Origin: an uncultured Gammaproteobacteria bacterium
GTDB lineage: Bacteria > Patescibacteriota > Microgenomatia > UBA10105 > UBA927
DNA: 64,000 nucleotides
Assembly (NCBI GenBank): GCA_964573695.1
Contig: CAZNKB010000004.1
Coordinates: 14,214-78,213, forward strand
Direction of reading: 5' to 3'
Shown: positions 55,904 to 64,000 of the stretch, piece after piece
Layout: every line of letters starts with the position of its first letter
Numbering within the stretch: position 1 is the first letter of the stretch
Position numbers and translations under genes: made by a program
The notes under the pieces: generated by a model
The model's input: the letters and a program-made list of their open reading frames with translations, nothing else
Database searches by the model: none
What the model was told of the DNA's origin: nothing

Positions 55904-57313
55904 ATGACGTTTGAACAACTCCGGCTGAAACATCCCAGGCTTACGTATACCAGATACCGCGTCACCAGAGGAGATTCTTCGCTTGTTATTTCGTACGAAT
56001 TTTTGCTTGAGCCCGATATCAGTCTGCAGTCAGTGGTCACCGTTCCCTTTTCCGGGGTTGTGACGGATACAATATTGGAACCGTTCGTTTTCAATCTCGG
56101 GCTTATCGAAGCGATAAGTTACTGGAAGCTCGCGTGTCCCAGGGAATTTGTGGTCGAAGCCGGTCATCTGACCTCGGAACAAGTCAGGTTCTGGTACGAC
56201 CTATTTATTCACGGACTTGGTGAGTTTTATTATCAAAATCAGATAGATTTCACGATGCCTGATTTTTTGCATATCCGATCATCTGATGCGATTGGGCAGC
56301 ATAACGTATGGGATCAGTCGTTGGGCCAACGGGCGGTGAATAACTCGTCTTTCCCTACGACTCATCAAGCGGCTGATTTGGTTTTGGTAGGTGGCGGCAA
56401 GGATTCAGCTGTAACGTTAGGAATGATGAAACAGGGCGATAGAACGCTCCAAACTATTGTTTTGAATCCCACCAAAGCGGCCAGTGATGTCATAAGGAGT
56501 TCTGGTTTCCCCGCCCCCCTGATAGTGAAGCGTACGTTGGATCCAAAGCTTCTTGACTTAAATGGTGCGGGATATCTTAACGGGCATACTCCTTTTTCTG
56601 CCTACATAGCTTTTTTGGGTGTGTTGGTGTCGTCACTCACGGGTAGTGAAAACGTCATCGTCTCAAACGAAAGAAGCGCCAATGAGGGGAACGTGTCCTA
56701 CCGTGGCATGGAGGTAAATCACCAGTATTCCAAAAGTTTCCGGTTTGAAACAATGTTTCGACAGTATTGTATAGACACATTTGAACAGTGCGGTTCATAT
56801 TTCAGTCTGCTCCGTCCTCTCAATGATATGCAGATAGCGGCAATCTTTGCGACGTATCCTCAGTTTTTTACCACATTTAGGAGCTGTAATAAGGGAGCGA
56901 AGACCGGTGTTTGGTGCGGGGCCTGCGCAAAATGTGCGTTTACGTATCTTACCCTGTCCCCCTATATGTCCCACGAACAGATGCGAATTAGTTTTGGAGC
57001 GGATTTATTTGCCAGTACTGCAATTATCGAACATATCCGAGCGCTGGTCGGGCTCGTTCCGGTAAAGCCGTTTGAATGCGTCGGCACCCGCGATGAGGCA
57101 AAGCTCGCTGTTATATTGGTAGTGGAAAAATATCTCGAAGAACATAGGGAGGTCCCTGAAGGGTTACTCAAGATAAAAAGCGATTTGTTTCTGAGTCGCC
57201 AGGATATTGTGGAATTACGGCGCCTCGTGCTGGACACTTGGGGTGACACATATAATTTACCGCCGGAGTACGTGTCGCTTCTTCGTGCAGTCTGGCAGAC
57301 TATCAGTAGATAG
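55904..57313 (+). CDS. PP-loop ATP-pyrophosphatase-superfamily protein with a C-terminal Cys cluster. Possible MurL-like glycopeptidyl-glutamate epimerase (inference).
   Basis: LVLVGGGKDSAVTLGMM (SGGxDS PP-loop) at about residue 165. The C-terminus has CNKGAKTGVWCGACAKC. The gene is immediately upstream of murD. Confidence 0.5.
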   Translation: MTFEQLRLKHPRLTYTRYRVTRGDSSLVISYEFLLEPDISLQSVVTVPFSGVVTDTILEPFVFNLGLIEAISYWKLACPREFVVEAGHLTSEQVRFWYDLFIHGLGEFYYQNQIDFTMPDFLHIRSSDAIGQHNVWDQSLGQRAVNNSSFPTTHQAADLVLVGGGKDSAVTLGMMKQGDRTLQTIVLNPTKAASDVIRSSGFPAPLIVKRTLDPKLLDLNGAGYLNGHTPFSAYIAFLGVLVSSLTGSENVIVSNERSANEGNVSYRGMEVNHQYSKSFRFETMFRQYCIDTFEQCGSYFSLLRPLNDMQIAAIFATYPQFFTTFRSCNKGAKTGVWCGACAKCAFTYLTLSPYMSHEQMRISFGADLFASTAIIEHIRALVGLVPVKPFECVGTRDEAKLAVILVVEKYLEEHREVPEGLLKIKSDLFLSRQDIVELRRLVLDTWGDTYNLPPEYVSLLRAVWQTISR

Positions 57314-57321
57314 ATAAACAT

Positions 57322-58710
57322 ATGCAAAGCAATGAAATTCACGGAAATTCCGTGTTGATTTTGGGATATGGCCGGGAGGGAAAAAGCATCCATGCCTGGC
57401 TACAAAAGTATCATCCGTCTCTTCGAGTGGGTATTGCTGATAAACACGCAAAGACGGAGCTTATGTCGGGGGAAACATACAAAGGAGCTACCGTCTATAA
57501 CGGTGAAGGATATCTTTTTCATTTGTCTGAGTACGATACGATTATCAGAAGCCCCGGTATTTCTCCGTATACATCTGAAATTTCAGATTTTTTGAAAAAA
57601 GGCGGAGTCATGACGTCAGCGACCAACATATTCTTCTCTCTCGTTCCTGGTATCACAGTCGGAGTGACCGGAACGAAAGGAAAAAGTACGACGTCGAGTT
57701 TGATAGCGCATATTCTTTCGTCTCATTTTGATGATGTGCGTCTGGCTGGCAATATTGGTGTTCCCATGCTTGATAGTTTGGCGGCTGCTACGGAGCGAAC
57801 GATTTTTGTGTTGGAGTTGTCTAGTCACCAGTTATATGACTGTCGATATAGTCCGCATATTGGGGTTGTGCTGGGAATCGTATCTGAGCATTTGGATTAT
57901 TATCCTGACTTGATGAGTTACGCCAAGGCAAAATCGAATATCGCCAACAGACAAACCGTCAAAGATTTTCTGATTTATAACCCGATGCATACCGTGGTGC
58001 GTGAGTTGGTGCGATTGAGCCCGGCTACACACGTACTTTATCAGGCGCAAGAGGAAGAAAAAATTCATACATTTCTTCGAAATGGTGAGATCATGGTGAA
58101 GGACAATGGCGAAGCGATACCTGTTATCAAAATGGCAGACGTGCCACTACTGGGGAACGAGGAGAATACTTTGGCGGCAGTAACCGTTGCTCATCTTATG
58201 CGTGTTCCCGTAAAGACTATAGCATCGGCGATTGCTCCGTTTAAGTCTCTCCCTCACCGGTTGGAATTTGTCGGGGAGTACAGAAAAATCCGATTTTATA
58301 ATGACTCGTTAGCCACTATTCCTCAGGCAACAATCCATGCATTAGAGGCATTAGGATCGGATGTGACAACACTTATTGTCGGAGGATATGACCGCGGGAT
58401 CGATTATAGAGAGCTAGGTACATATTTGCGCGGTCACCCAGTGCAAACACTTATCTTATTGCCTGATACCGGCGAGAAAATTTGGGAAGCAATTGGCATG
58501 CCTATTACGGAGACAAAGGCGTCCTCTATTATGAAACCATATCGGGTGGATTCTATGGAAGAAGCGTTGAAGGTAAGCTTTGCGCGTACGCAACAAGGGA
58601 AAATATGCCTTCTCTCCCCTGGGAGCGCGAGTTATAATATGTTCCGTGATTATGCTGATCGGGGTGAGCAGTTCGCTGCATGGGTGAGAAAGATTGGGTC
58701 AGGCGTATAA
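57322..58710 (+). CDS. murD: UDP-N-acetylmuramoyl-L-alanine--glutamate ligase (MurD, or the MurD2 L-Glu-adding variant)
   Basis: Rossmann motif ILGYGREGKS. Mur-ligase P-loop VGVTGTKGKSTTSSLIAHIL, followed by VLELSSHQL. 462 aa. Confidence 0.8.
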   Translation: MQSNEIHGNSVLILGYGREGKSIHAWLQKYHPSLRVGIADKHAKTELMSGETYKGATVYNGEGYLFHLSEYDTIIRSPGISPYTSEISDFLKKGGVMTSATNIFFSLVPGITVGVTGTKGKSTTSSLIAHILSSHFDDVRLAGNIGVPMLDSLAAATERTIFVLELSSHQLYDCRYSPHIGVVLGIVSEHLDYYPDLMSYAKAKSNIANRQTVKDFLIYNPMHTVVRELVRLSPATHVLYQAQEEEKIHTFLRNGEIMVKDNGEAIPVIKMADVPLLGNEENTLAAVTVAHLMRVPVKTIASAIAPFKSLPHRLEFVGEYRKIRFYNDSLATIPQATIHALEALGSDVTTLIVGGYDRGIDYRELGTYLRGHPVQTLILLPDTGEKIWEAIGMPITETKASSIMKPYRVDSMEEALKVSFARTQQGKICLLSPGSASYNMFRDYADRGEQFAAWVRKIGSGV

Positions 58711-58779
58711 ATACGGCATAACACGGGAATTTCTCCTGCCTCCCTTGCGCGAAAAATTGGAATTGAGTATACTTAGGGC

Positions 58780-58917
58780 ATGCCGAAACGAACATATCAA
58801 CCGAAAAAACTGAAAAGAAAACGTGTCCACGGATTCCGAGAGCGCATGAAAAGCGTCAAGGGGCGTTTGGTACTCAAGCGCCGTAGGGCAACAGGACGGA
58901 AAAAATTAACCGTCTAA
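58780..58917 (+). CDS. rpmH: 50S ribosomal protein L34. It is absent from the ORF track because it is only 45 aa long.
   Basis: Translation [45 protein letters not shown] matches the L34 consensus, with a stop at 58915-58917. Confidence 0.85.
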   Translation: MPKRTYQPKKLKRKRVHGFRERMKSVKGRLVLKRRRATGRKKLTV

Positions 58918-58924
58918 ACAGCGC

Positions 58925-59317
58925 ATGTTTTCTCCTTCCAATAGACTTCTCTCCAAGGATATTCCCTTTGTTATGAAAACAGGTTTTCATATACGCGCAG
59001 TGGGCATAGAAGTTGTCTATCTTATGCGTCAGGCCGACCCGCGTTTTGTCCCGCAAAACGGGACTCCACTCTCAGAGCCTCGTTTCGCCATAATTGTTTC
59101 TTCGAAAGTAGATAAACGGGCAACTCGACGGAATCGGATGAAACGGCTTGTACGTGAGGCGTTGCAGGATTTACTGCCTTTCATAACGAAGGGGTTTTGC
59201 GCAGTTTTTGTCGTGCGTTCTCGATTGCCAGATACAGAAGAGGAAGTGCGTGAATTGATACACAACACGCTCAACACACTCAACACACATTGGATATTGA
59301 AGGGATCAACGACATGA
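58925..59317 (+). CDS. rnpA: Ribonuclease P protein component
   Basis: [18 protein letters not shown] (RNR-box). 130 aa. Canonical position after rpmH. Confidence 0.8.
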   Translation: MFSPSNRLLSKDIPFVMKTGFHIRAVGIEVVYLMRQADPRFVPQNGTPLSEPRFAIIVSSKVDKRATRRNRMKRLVREALQDLLPFITKGFCAVFVVRSRLPDTEEEVRELIHNTLNTLNTHWILKGSTT

Positions 59318-59559
59318 AGCACCTAATACTGCGTGCCATACGGTTCTATCAGAGATATCTTTCGCCAGATACCGGCGTGTTTCGAGCGCTTTGGCTCGTG
59401 GATAGCGCGTGCCGTTTTTACCCGACGTGCAGTGAGTATACGTATCAAGCGGTCGATCACTATGGTATAATGCGAGGACTGTATATGGGATTGAGGCGAA
59501 TTCTCCGTTGTCATCCCTGGTCAAAAGGTGGAGTTGATCCTGTGCCGAGCGAATCATAA
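59314..59559 (+). CDS. yidD: Membrane protein insertion efficiency factor YidD
   Basis: YQRYLSP...[15 protein letters not shown]...[12 protein letters not shown]. Start taken at MKHLIL, which gives an ATGA overlap with rnpA. Confidence 0.8.
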   Translation: MKHLILRAIRFYQRYLSPDTGVFRALWLVDSACRFYPTCSEYTYQAVDHYGIMRGLYMGLRRILRCHPWSKGGVDPVPSES

Positions 59560-59565
59560 CGACGT

Positions 59566-60369
59566 ATGACAAACCCAACACTTTGGAACCAATTATTTGT
59601 ATGGCCGATTGTCAATCTGCTAGTCGGATTTTACAAATTATTTGAGTGGCTCAGCGTGCCGGGGGCATTGGGATTTGCCGTTATCGCTCTTACGGTAGTT
59701 ATCCGCTTGCTTCTTTATCCTCTTATGGCGGCTCAAATGAAGTCCGCAAAAAAAATGCAGAAGCTAAAGCCTCATCTTGATGCGCTCAACATAAAACACA
59801 AAGATGACAAAAAAGCGCTGCAACAAGCGCAGCTGGATTTATATAAAACGCATGGAGTAAATCCCGCGGCAGGGTGTCTCCCCCTTCTTATTCAGATGCC
59901 GGTACTCATCGCTCTTTACAACGTGTTTTATCAAGTGCTTCAAAACGGTAATGCGGCGAAATTGGTTTCGGACCTTAACGCTATTTTATATATTCCAGTA
60001 CTTCATCTAACGAGTCTTGATTTGTCATTTTTCGGTACGAATCTTGGTGTGAAACCAAGCTCATGGCAGACGGACGGTTGGTGGTTGCTTCTCATTCCCG
60101 TCATTACTGCGGGATTACAGTGGTACCAAAGCAAGCTTATGTTGCCGCAGGCCGGTTTGTCTGATAATGGGCAGAAAGCGCAAGTCACCAAGACTGATGA
60201 GAAGAAGCCTGAAGATACCGCAGCGGAAATGCAGAAGCAAATGGCCATGATTACGCCTGTTATGTTCGGTATGTTTGCCTATCAATTTCCATTGGGACTT
60301 GCTCTCTACTGGAACGTTTTCGGGCTTTTTGGTATCATGCAGCAACTCCGAATAAACGCGGAGAAATAA
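59566..60369 (+). CDS. yidC: YidC/Oxa1 membrane protein insertase (short Gram-positive/CPR-type form)
   Basis: IRLLLYPLMAAQMKSAKKMQKLKPHLDAL...GVNPAAGCLPLLIQMPVLIALY. 267 aa. Confidence 0.85.
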   Translation: MTNPTLWNQLFVWPIVNLLVGFYKLFEWLSVPGALGFAVIALTVVIRLLLYPLMAAQMKSAKKMQKLKPHLDALNIKHKDDKKALQQAQLDLYKTHGVNPAAGCLPLLIQMPVLIALYNVFYQVLQNGNAAKLVSDLNAILYIPVLHLTSLDLSFFGTNLGVKPSSWQTDGWWLLLIPVITAGLQWYQSKLMLPQAGLSDNGQKAQVTKTDEKKPEDTAAEMQKQMAMITPVMFGMFAYQFPLGLALYWNVFGLFGIMQQLRINAEK

Positions 60370-60377
60370 TAATTACT

Positions 60378-60827
60378 ATGGAAGATACACAAACAGTGGC
60401 GCATATCGTAGAAGAGGTCTTGGGTAAACTCGAAATAGTAGGCTCTGTTTCGGTTTCCACAGACGAGACGGGAGCATTTCGTGTGGGTATTGAAACGGAA
60501 GAAACGGGATTACTCATCGGACACCACGGAAAAACTCTCGAAAGTCTCCAGCTTATTCTGGGTATTATAGTTTCCAAATCGCTTGGTCGGTGGGTAAAAG
60601 CATATGTGAATGTCGGCGATTATCGTGAGAAACGAGAAGAGACTCTTATGCATATGGCTCAGCGTGCGGCAGATCGCGCGCTCGCACTTGGTAGGCCGGT
60701 AGAATTAGCAAGGTTGACTCCCGCTGAAAGAAGAATTATTCATCTTACGCTTTCCGGTGACGATCGCATCGAGACCGAGTCGATTGGTGAGGGCGACGAT
60801 CGCACTCTACTCGTAAAACCCAAATAA
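60378..60827 (+). CDS. jag: Jag/KhpB-like protein with KH and R3H RNA-binding domains
   Basis: C-terminal R3H segment AERRIIHLTLSGDDRIETESIGEGDDRTLLVKP. Canonical position after yidC. Confidence 0.7.
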   Translation: MEDTQTVAHIVEEVLGKLEIVGSVSVSTDETGAFRVGIETEETGLLIGHHGKTLESLQLILGIIVSKSLGRWVKAYVNVGDYREKREETLMHMAQRAADRALALGRPVELARLTPAERRIIHLTLSGDDRIETESIGEGDDRTLLVKPK

Positions 60828-60856
60828 CCCTCGTATCAAGGGGTATAATAGAAACA

Positions 60857-62188
60857 ATGGCGTTTCATAAGCGATTGTTTTTTTTGCTTCTTGTATTGCT
60901 TCCCACCCAGTTAGGTTTGCATTATTGGCCTGTGTGGGCGGTAGTTCTCGGTAGAAAAATTGATTATCTCTCCCCCACTGTTTATGTAACGGACGTGCTC
61001 GTTGTTTCTTTGTTGCTTTCTTTTGTGGTGCAATACTGGCGAGATGTCAAAAACGCATTTCTCCGCTTATGTTCTCACCGGGTTATACTGGGCGCCGTTG
61101 TTTTTTTGTTGTTTGTTCTCGTAAACATATGGATCGCGCGTGCGCCGGCGGTTTCTATATATAAGTGGCTAAAATTTTTGGAGTATATCGCTCTCGCTTG
61201 GTATATCGTGTATACGAAACCATCGCTTATTTATATGGCCAAGGCCATATCAATAGGAATTTTTTACACGTCGGTACTCACGGTTTTTCAATTTGTGTTA
61301 CAACATTCCGTTGGGGGCCTGCTGTGGTATTTGGGAGAGCGCACGTTTACGCTCGATACGCCGGGAATAGCACGATTTAGTTATTGTTCCCCTTTTGTTT
61401 CAGAATGCCGGCTTATTTTGCGGCCATATGCTACATTCCCCCACCCTAACGTATTGGGTGGGTTTTTGGCAACAGCTCTCCCGTTCCACATTTTTGGGTT
61501 ACCGTTTTGGATTGGAGGTAGAAAATCGTTTTTTCGCATAGTGTATTATTGGGGAACGCTTGTTTTGGGAAGCGTTGCTTTGATTTTAACTTTTAGCCGT
61601 GGAGCGTGGTTTGCCACTGCGGGCATATTATCCGTTTCATTATTTGTATTTTTTTGGGATAAGTTCAAAAAACATACTCTCATCGGAATGTCCGCAAAAG
61701 TTACCGCGGGTATTTTGAGTGCGGCCTTCGTCGTATTTTTCACATTTGTCGCCGTCTTTCGTCCGGGTATCGCGGACGAGAGTGTCGTCCGAAGAATTGA
61801 ACTGAACAAAACAGCAATTAATTTGTGGAGATCATCGCCGGTTTTTGGGATAGGGTTGGGAAATTTTCTTACGGAATTACCAGGGCAAACTCCCGGGAGA
61901 CAAATTAATTTTTTGCAGCCTGTTCATAATATTTACCTTCTCATGCTCTCTGAGGTTGGTTTACTGGGATTAGCAGCATTTATATTGGTACACGCTGTTG
62001 TGTTACGCCGTGCTATATTTGGCCTGCTGGCTAGCCGGATCGTCCCTCGCCAAGCAGGACTTATCTATGTGTTGTCCTGGGGTTTTCTGCTTATGTTAGG
62101 CAACATAGATCACTTCCTTCTTACCTTACAGCAGGGACAACTATGGCTTCTTGTTCTTTTCTCGCTTGTTTGGCAGAGCGAAAAATAA
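60857..62188 (+). CDS. Wzy_C/O-antigen-ligase-family polytopic membrane protein
   Basis: ILTFSRGAWFATAG (the SRGxW Wzy_C motif). At least ten transmembrane helices. Confidence 0.6.
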   Translation: MAFHKRLFFLLLVLLPTQLGLHYWPVWAVVLGRKIDYLSPTVYVTDVLVVSLLLSFVVQYWRDVKNAFLRLCSHRVILGAVVFLLFVLVNIWIARAPAVSIYKWLKFLEYIALAWYIVYTKPSLIYMAKAISIGIFYTSVLTVFQFVLQHSVGGLLWYLGERTFTLDTPGIARFSYCSPFVSECRLILRPYATFPHPNVLGGFLATALPFHIFGLPFWIGGRKSFFRIVYYWGTLVLGSVALILTFSRGAWFATAGILSVSLFVFFWDKFKKHTLIGMSAKVTAGILSAAFVVFFTFVAVFRPGIADESVVRRIELNKTAINLWRSSPVFGIGLGNFLTELPGQTPGRQINFLQPVHNIYLLMLSEVGLLGLAAFILVHAVVLRRAIFGLLASRIVPRQAGLIYVLSWGFLLMLGNIDHFLLTLQQGQLWLLVLFSLVWQSEK

Positions 62189-62201
62189 CGAACGTGCTAC
62201 A

Positions 62202-63509
62202 ATGAACCCTATGTTTACCGATTGGTTTCCTAATGGCTCGCTTCGTAGAATCGTGGCAGGAAACACGATAAGCCAGCTCATTGGCCGGGCCGTGAGTTCC
62301 GTGGCGATCGTTGTCGTCAGCTTATTGATCGCAAAACGATATGGTCCCGAGGGGTACGGAGATTTTGTAAAAATCACAACGTACGTTGGATTTTTTTACT
62401 TGGTTGCTGATTTTGGACTAAACGCAGTGTATCTTCAGCGGACAATCGGTAGTGCTAAAGCGAAGGCTCAAGCATCGGCAAAGCCGTGGAGATTATTATT
62501 GGGGCTTCGTTTGGTTGTAAGCATGATATTGGTGGTAGTCGCTCTGGGAATTTTGTCCTTTATGCCGTCCGGTGTCAGTCAGGGGTATACAACACTTGTA
62601 CGAACAGGCATAATTCTGTTCGTCCCTGTTATCGTAGCCCAGGCAGTAACGACCACGACGAATGCTTTTTTTCAGCAGATTCTTCGATACGACCTGTCGA
62701 CGGTTGCCCAAAATATCGGATCGGTTTCCATGCTGCTTGCCGCGGTGGGGCTATCATTTTTCACCCCCGTGGCGGGCCCCTTTCTCGGAATTATTTCTGT
62801 CATTACGGGTAGCGTCGTCACCGCACTTCTCTCCCTTTCTTTGGTGCGTCGACGTTTGGGTATGATCAGGCCGGTAGTTTTGTTGCCTGAATTTGTCACC
62901 TATTTGCGTCATAGCACTCCTCTCGGATTGGCACTCATATTTAACCTCATATATTTTCATTCAGATAGCATTGTGTTGACGTTGACCCGATCGACCCGTG
63001 AAGTGGGTATGTATGGTTTGGCATATAAAATATTTGAGCTGCCCTTGGTGATCCCGATTTTTTTTATGAATTCGGTATATCCTCTGTTGCTCCAAAAAAG
63101 TGATCGTGCAAAGGGAGGCCAGGAACAAATCTTCGGTAGCTCATTTAAATTTTTGCTTGGTAGCTCTGTCGTTATGATGTTTGTGCTGTGGATTGCGGCC
63201 CCTCTGGTGGCGTGGGTGCGGCCTGATTTTGCGGGAGCCCAGGAGCCTTTGCGCATTCTTATTTTGGGGTTGCCTGTTTTTTTTGTCTCTGCGTTATTTA
63301 TGTGGTTTCTTATCGCGCGCAAACAACAGGGGACCCTACTTATGATTCATGGTGCCGCGATGGTGGGAAATATTGTCTGTAATATTGTGTTTATTCCACA
63401 GTATGGTATGTTTGCTGCGGCATGGATAACCATATTGTCGGAGATTTTTGTTTTATTATGTTCTGCCATTGCCGCGACAAGGAATCGCGCGAATTTATTG
63501 ATTTCTTAA
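62202..63509 (+). CDS. MOP-superfamily flippase (Wzx / MurJ-like polysaccharide-lipid flippase)
   Basis: About 12-14 transmembrane helices. N-terminus NTISQLIGRAVSSVAIVVVSLLIAKRYGPEGYGDF, typical of Wzx/MurJ. Start taken at MNPMFTD, after the upstream stop. Confidence 0.6.
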   Translation: MNPMFTDWFPNGSLRRIVAGNTISQLIGRAVSSVAIVVVSLLIAKRYGPEGYGDFVKITTYVGFFYLVADFGLNAVYLQRTIGSAKAKAQASAKPWRLLLGLRLVVSMILVVVALGILSFMPSGVSQGYTTLVRTGIILFVPVIVAQAVTTTTNAFFQQILRYDLSTVAQNIGSVSMLLAAVGLSFFTPVAGPFLGIISVITGSVVTALLSLSLVRRRLGMIRPVVLLPEFVTYLRHSTPLGLALIFNLIYFHSDSIVLTLTRSTREVGMYGLAYKIFELPLVIPIFFMNSVYPLLLQKSDRAKGGQEQIFGSSFKFLLGSSVVMMFVLWIAAPLVAWVRPDFAGAQEPLRILILGLPVFFVSALFMWFLIARKQQGTLLMIHGAAMVGNIVCNIVFIPQYGMFAAAWITILSEIFVLLCSAIAATRNRANLLIS

Positions 63510-63510
63510 T

Positions 63511-63948
63511 ATGAAATACGTCATCCATACAGACGGGGGAGCCAGAGGAAATCCCGGTCCGGCTGCGATCGGAGTAGTTATTGAATTAGTTACCGGTAAC
63601 GAAGATAGTAACGCACAAGTGATCGCGGAGTTTGGTAAGAAGATAGGGGAGACTACAAACAACACGGCCGAGTATACGGCAGTGGTAGAAGCCTTGAAAT
63701 ACTTCAGTAAGGGCGACGTAACACATCGACCGGGGAAGTCTGACGAAGTGGATTTTTATTTAGATTCGACGTTGGTAGTCAATCAATTGAACGGTCTATA
63801 TAGAGTGAAGGAGCCACATCTTCGTACGCTGCTTTTCACTGTTCGTATGCTTGAGTCGGAGTTAAATTCCCCCATACGATATATATCTGTGCCAAGGGAG
63901 CAGAATCAACGTGCGGATTATTTCGTGAACCGAGCCCTCGATTCATAA
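63511..63948 (+). CDS. rnhA: Ribonuclease HI
   Basis: MKYVIHTDGGARGNPGPAAIGVVI...NNTAEYTAVVEAL (DEDD catalytic core: D, E in TAEY, D). 145 aa. Confidence 0.7.
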   Translation: MKYVIHTDGGARGNPGPAAIGVVIELVTGNEDSNAQVIAEFGKKIGETTNNTAEYTAVVEALKYFSKGDVTHRPGKSDEVDFYLDSTLVVNQLNGLYRVKEPHLRTLLFTVRMLESELNSPIRYISVPREQNQRADYFVNRALDS

Positions 63949-64000
63949 CCTGCTCATGTCCGATACTCCTGTTTGTACCTAACGCGCTTCTTTTGTTTGT

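Noticed and set aside
1-64000. CRISPR arrays, tRNA genes and rRNA genes
   Set aside because: No regularly spaced direct repeats were seen. No tRNA-like T-arm (GTTCGAATC-type) or acceptor-stem signatures were seen in the few intergenic gaps. No long non-coding GC-rich stretches are compatible with rRNA.

Overview
This 64-kb window looks like a small, gene-dense bacterial chromosome with a Gram-positive or candidate-phyla-radiation (Patescibacteria) flavour. It has a short-form YidC, many 4-nt ATGA start/stop overlaps and no tRNA, rRNA or CRISPR. Three blocks stand out.

1. **Conjugation / type IV secretion-like island (1-15.5 kb).** It contains a pilin-like C-terminal fragment, a VirB6/TrbL-like polytopic membrane protein, a 1211-aa cytoplasmic protein of unknown function, nadD, a VirD4/TraG/FtsK-like coupling ATPase, a VirB3-like fusion protein, a VirB4 ATPase and a large M23 peptidase.

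2. **Replication origin.** dnaN and dnaA lie on the minus strand with TTATCCACA DnaA-box clusters on both sides of dnaA. The normally adjacent rpmH-rnpA-yidD-yidC-jag block sits about 40 kb away at 58.8-60.8 kb on the plus strand. It is preceded by murD and a PP-loop protein that may be a MurL-like epimerase.

3. **A roughly 33-kb surface-polymer biosynthesis island (18.2-51.3 kb) inserted between dnaA and rpmH.**
   - Glycan assembly: three Wzy_C/O-antigen-ligase-like membrane proteins, about six GT2/GT4/GT26 glycosyltransferases and an initiating phosphoglycosyl transferase.
   - Polymer backbone and export: a TagF-like glycerophosphotransferase and two ABC-2 exporters.
   - Sugar tailoring: a NodU/CmcH carbamoyltransferase, SGNH esterases, a DegT aminotransferase with a Gfo/Idh/MocA oxidoreductase, three class-I SAM methyltransferases and two divergent TylF-like methyltransferase paralogs.
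   - An unusual concentration of PLP enzymes: two fold-type-III decarboxylases, one group-II decarboxylase and one SHMT-like enzyme, next to a P-loop kinase, a LicC-like nucleotidyltransferase and an aldo/keto reductase.

I interpret this as a candidate pathway that builds a CDP-activated amino-alcohol or amine head group to decorate a teichoic-acid-like phosphodiester polymer. That is the best candidate for an undescribed system in this window.

All calls rest on motif-level reading of the supplied translations. No database searches were run.
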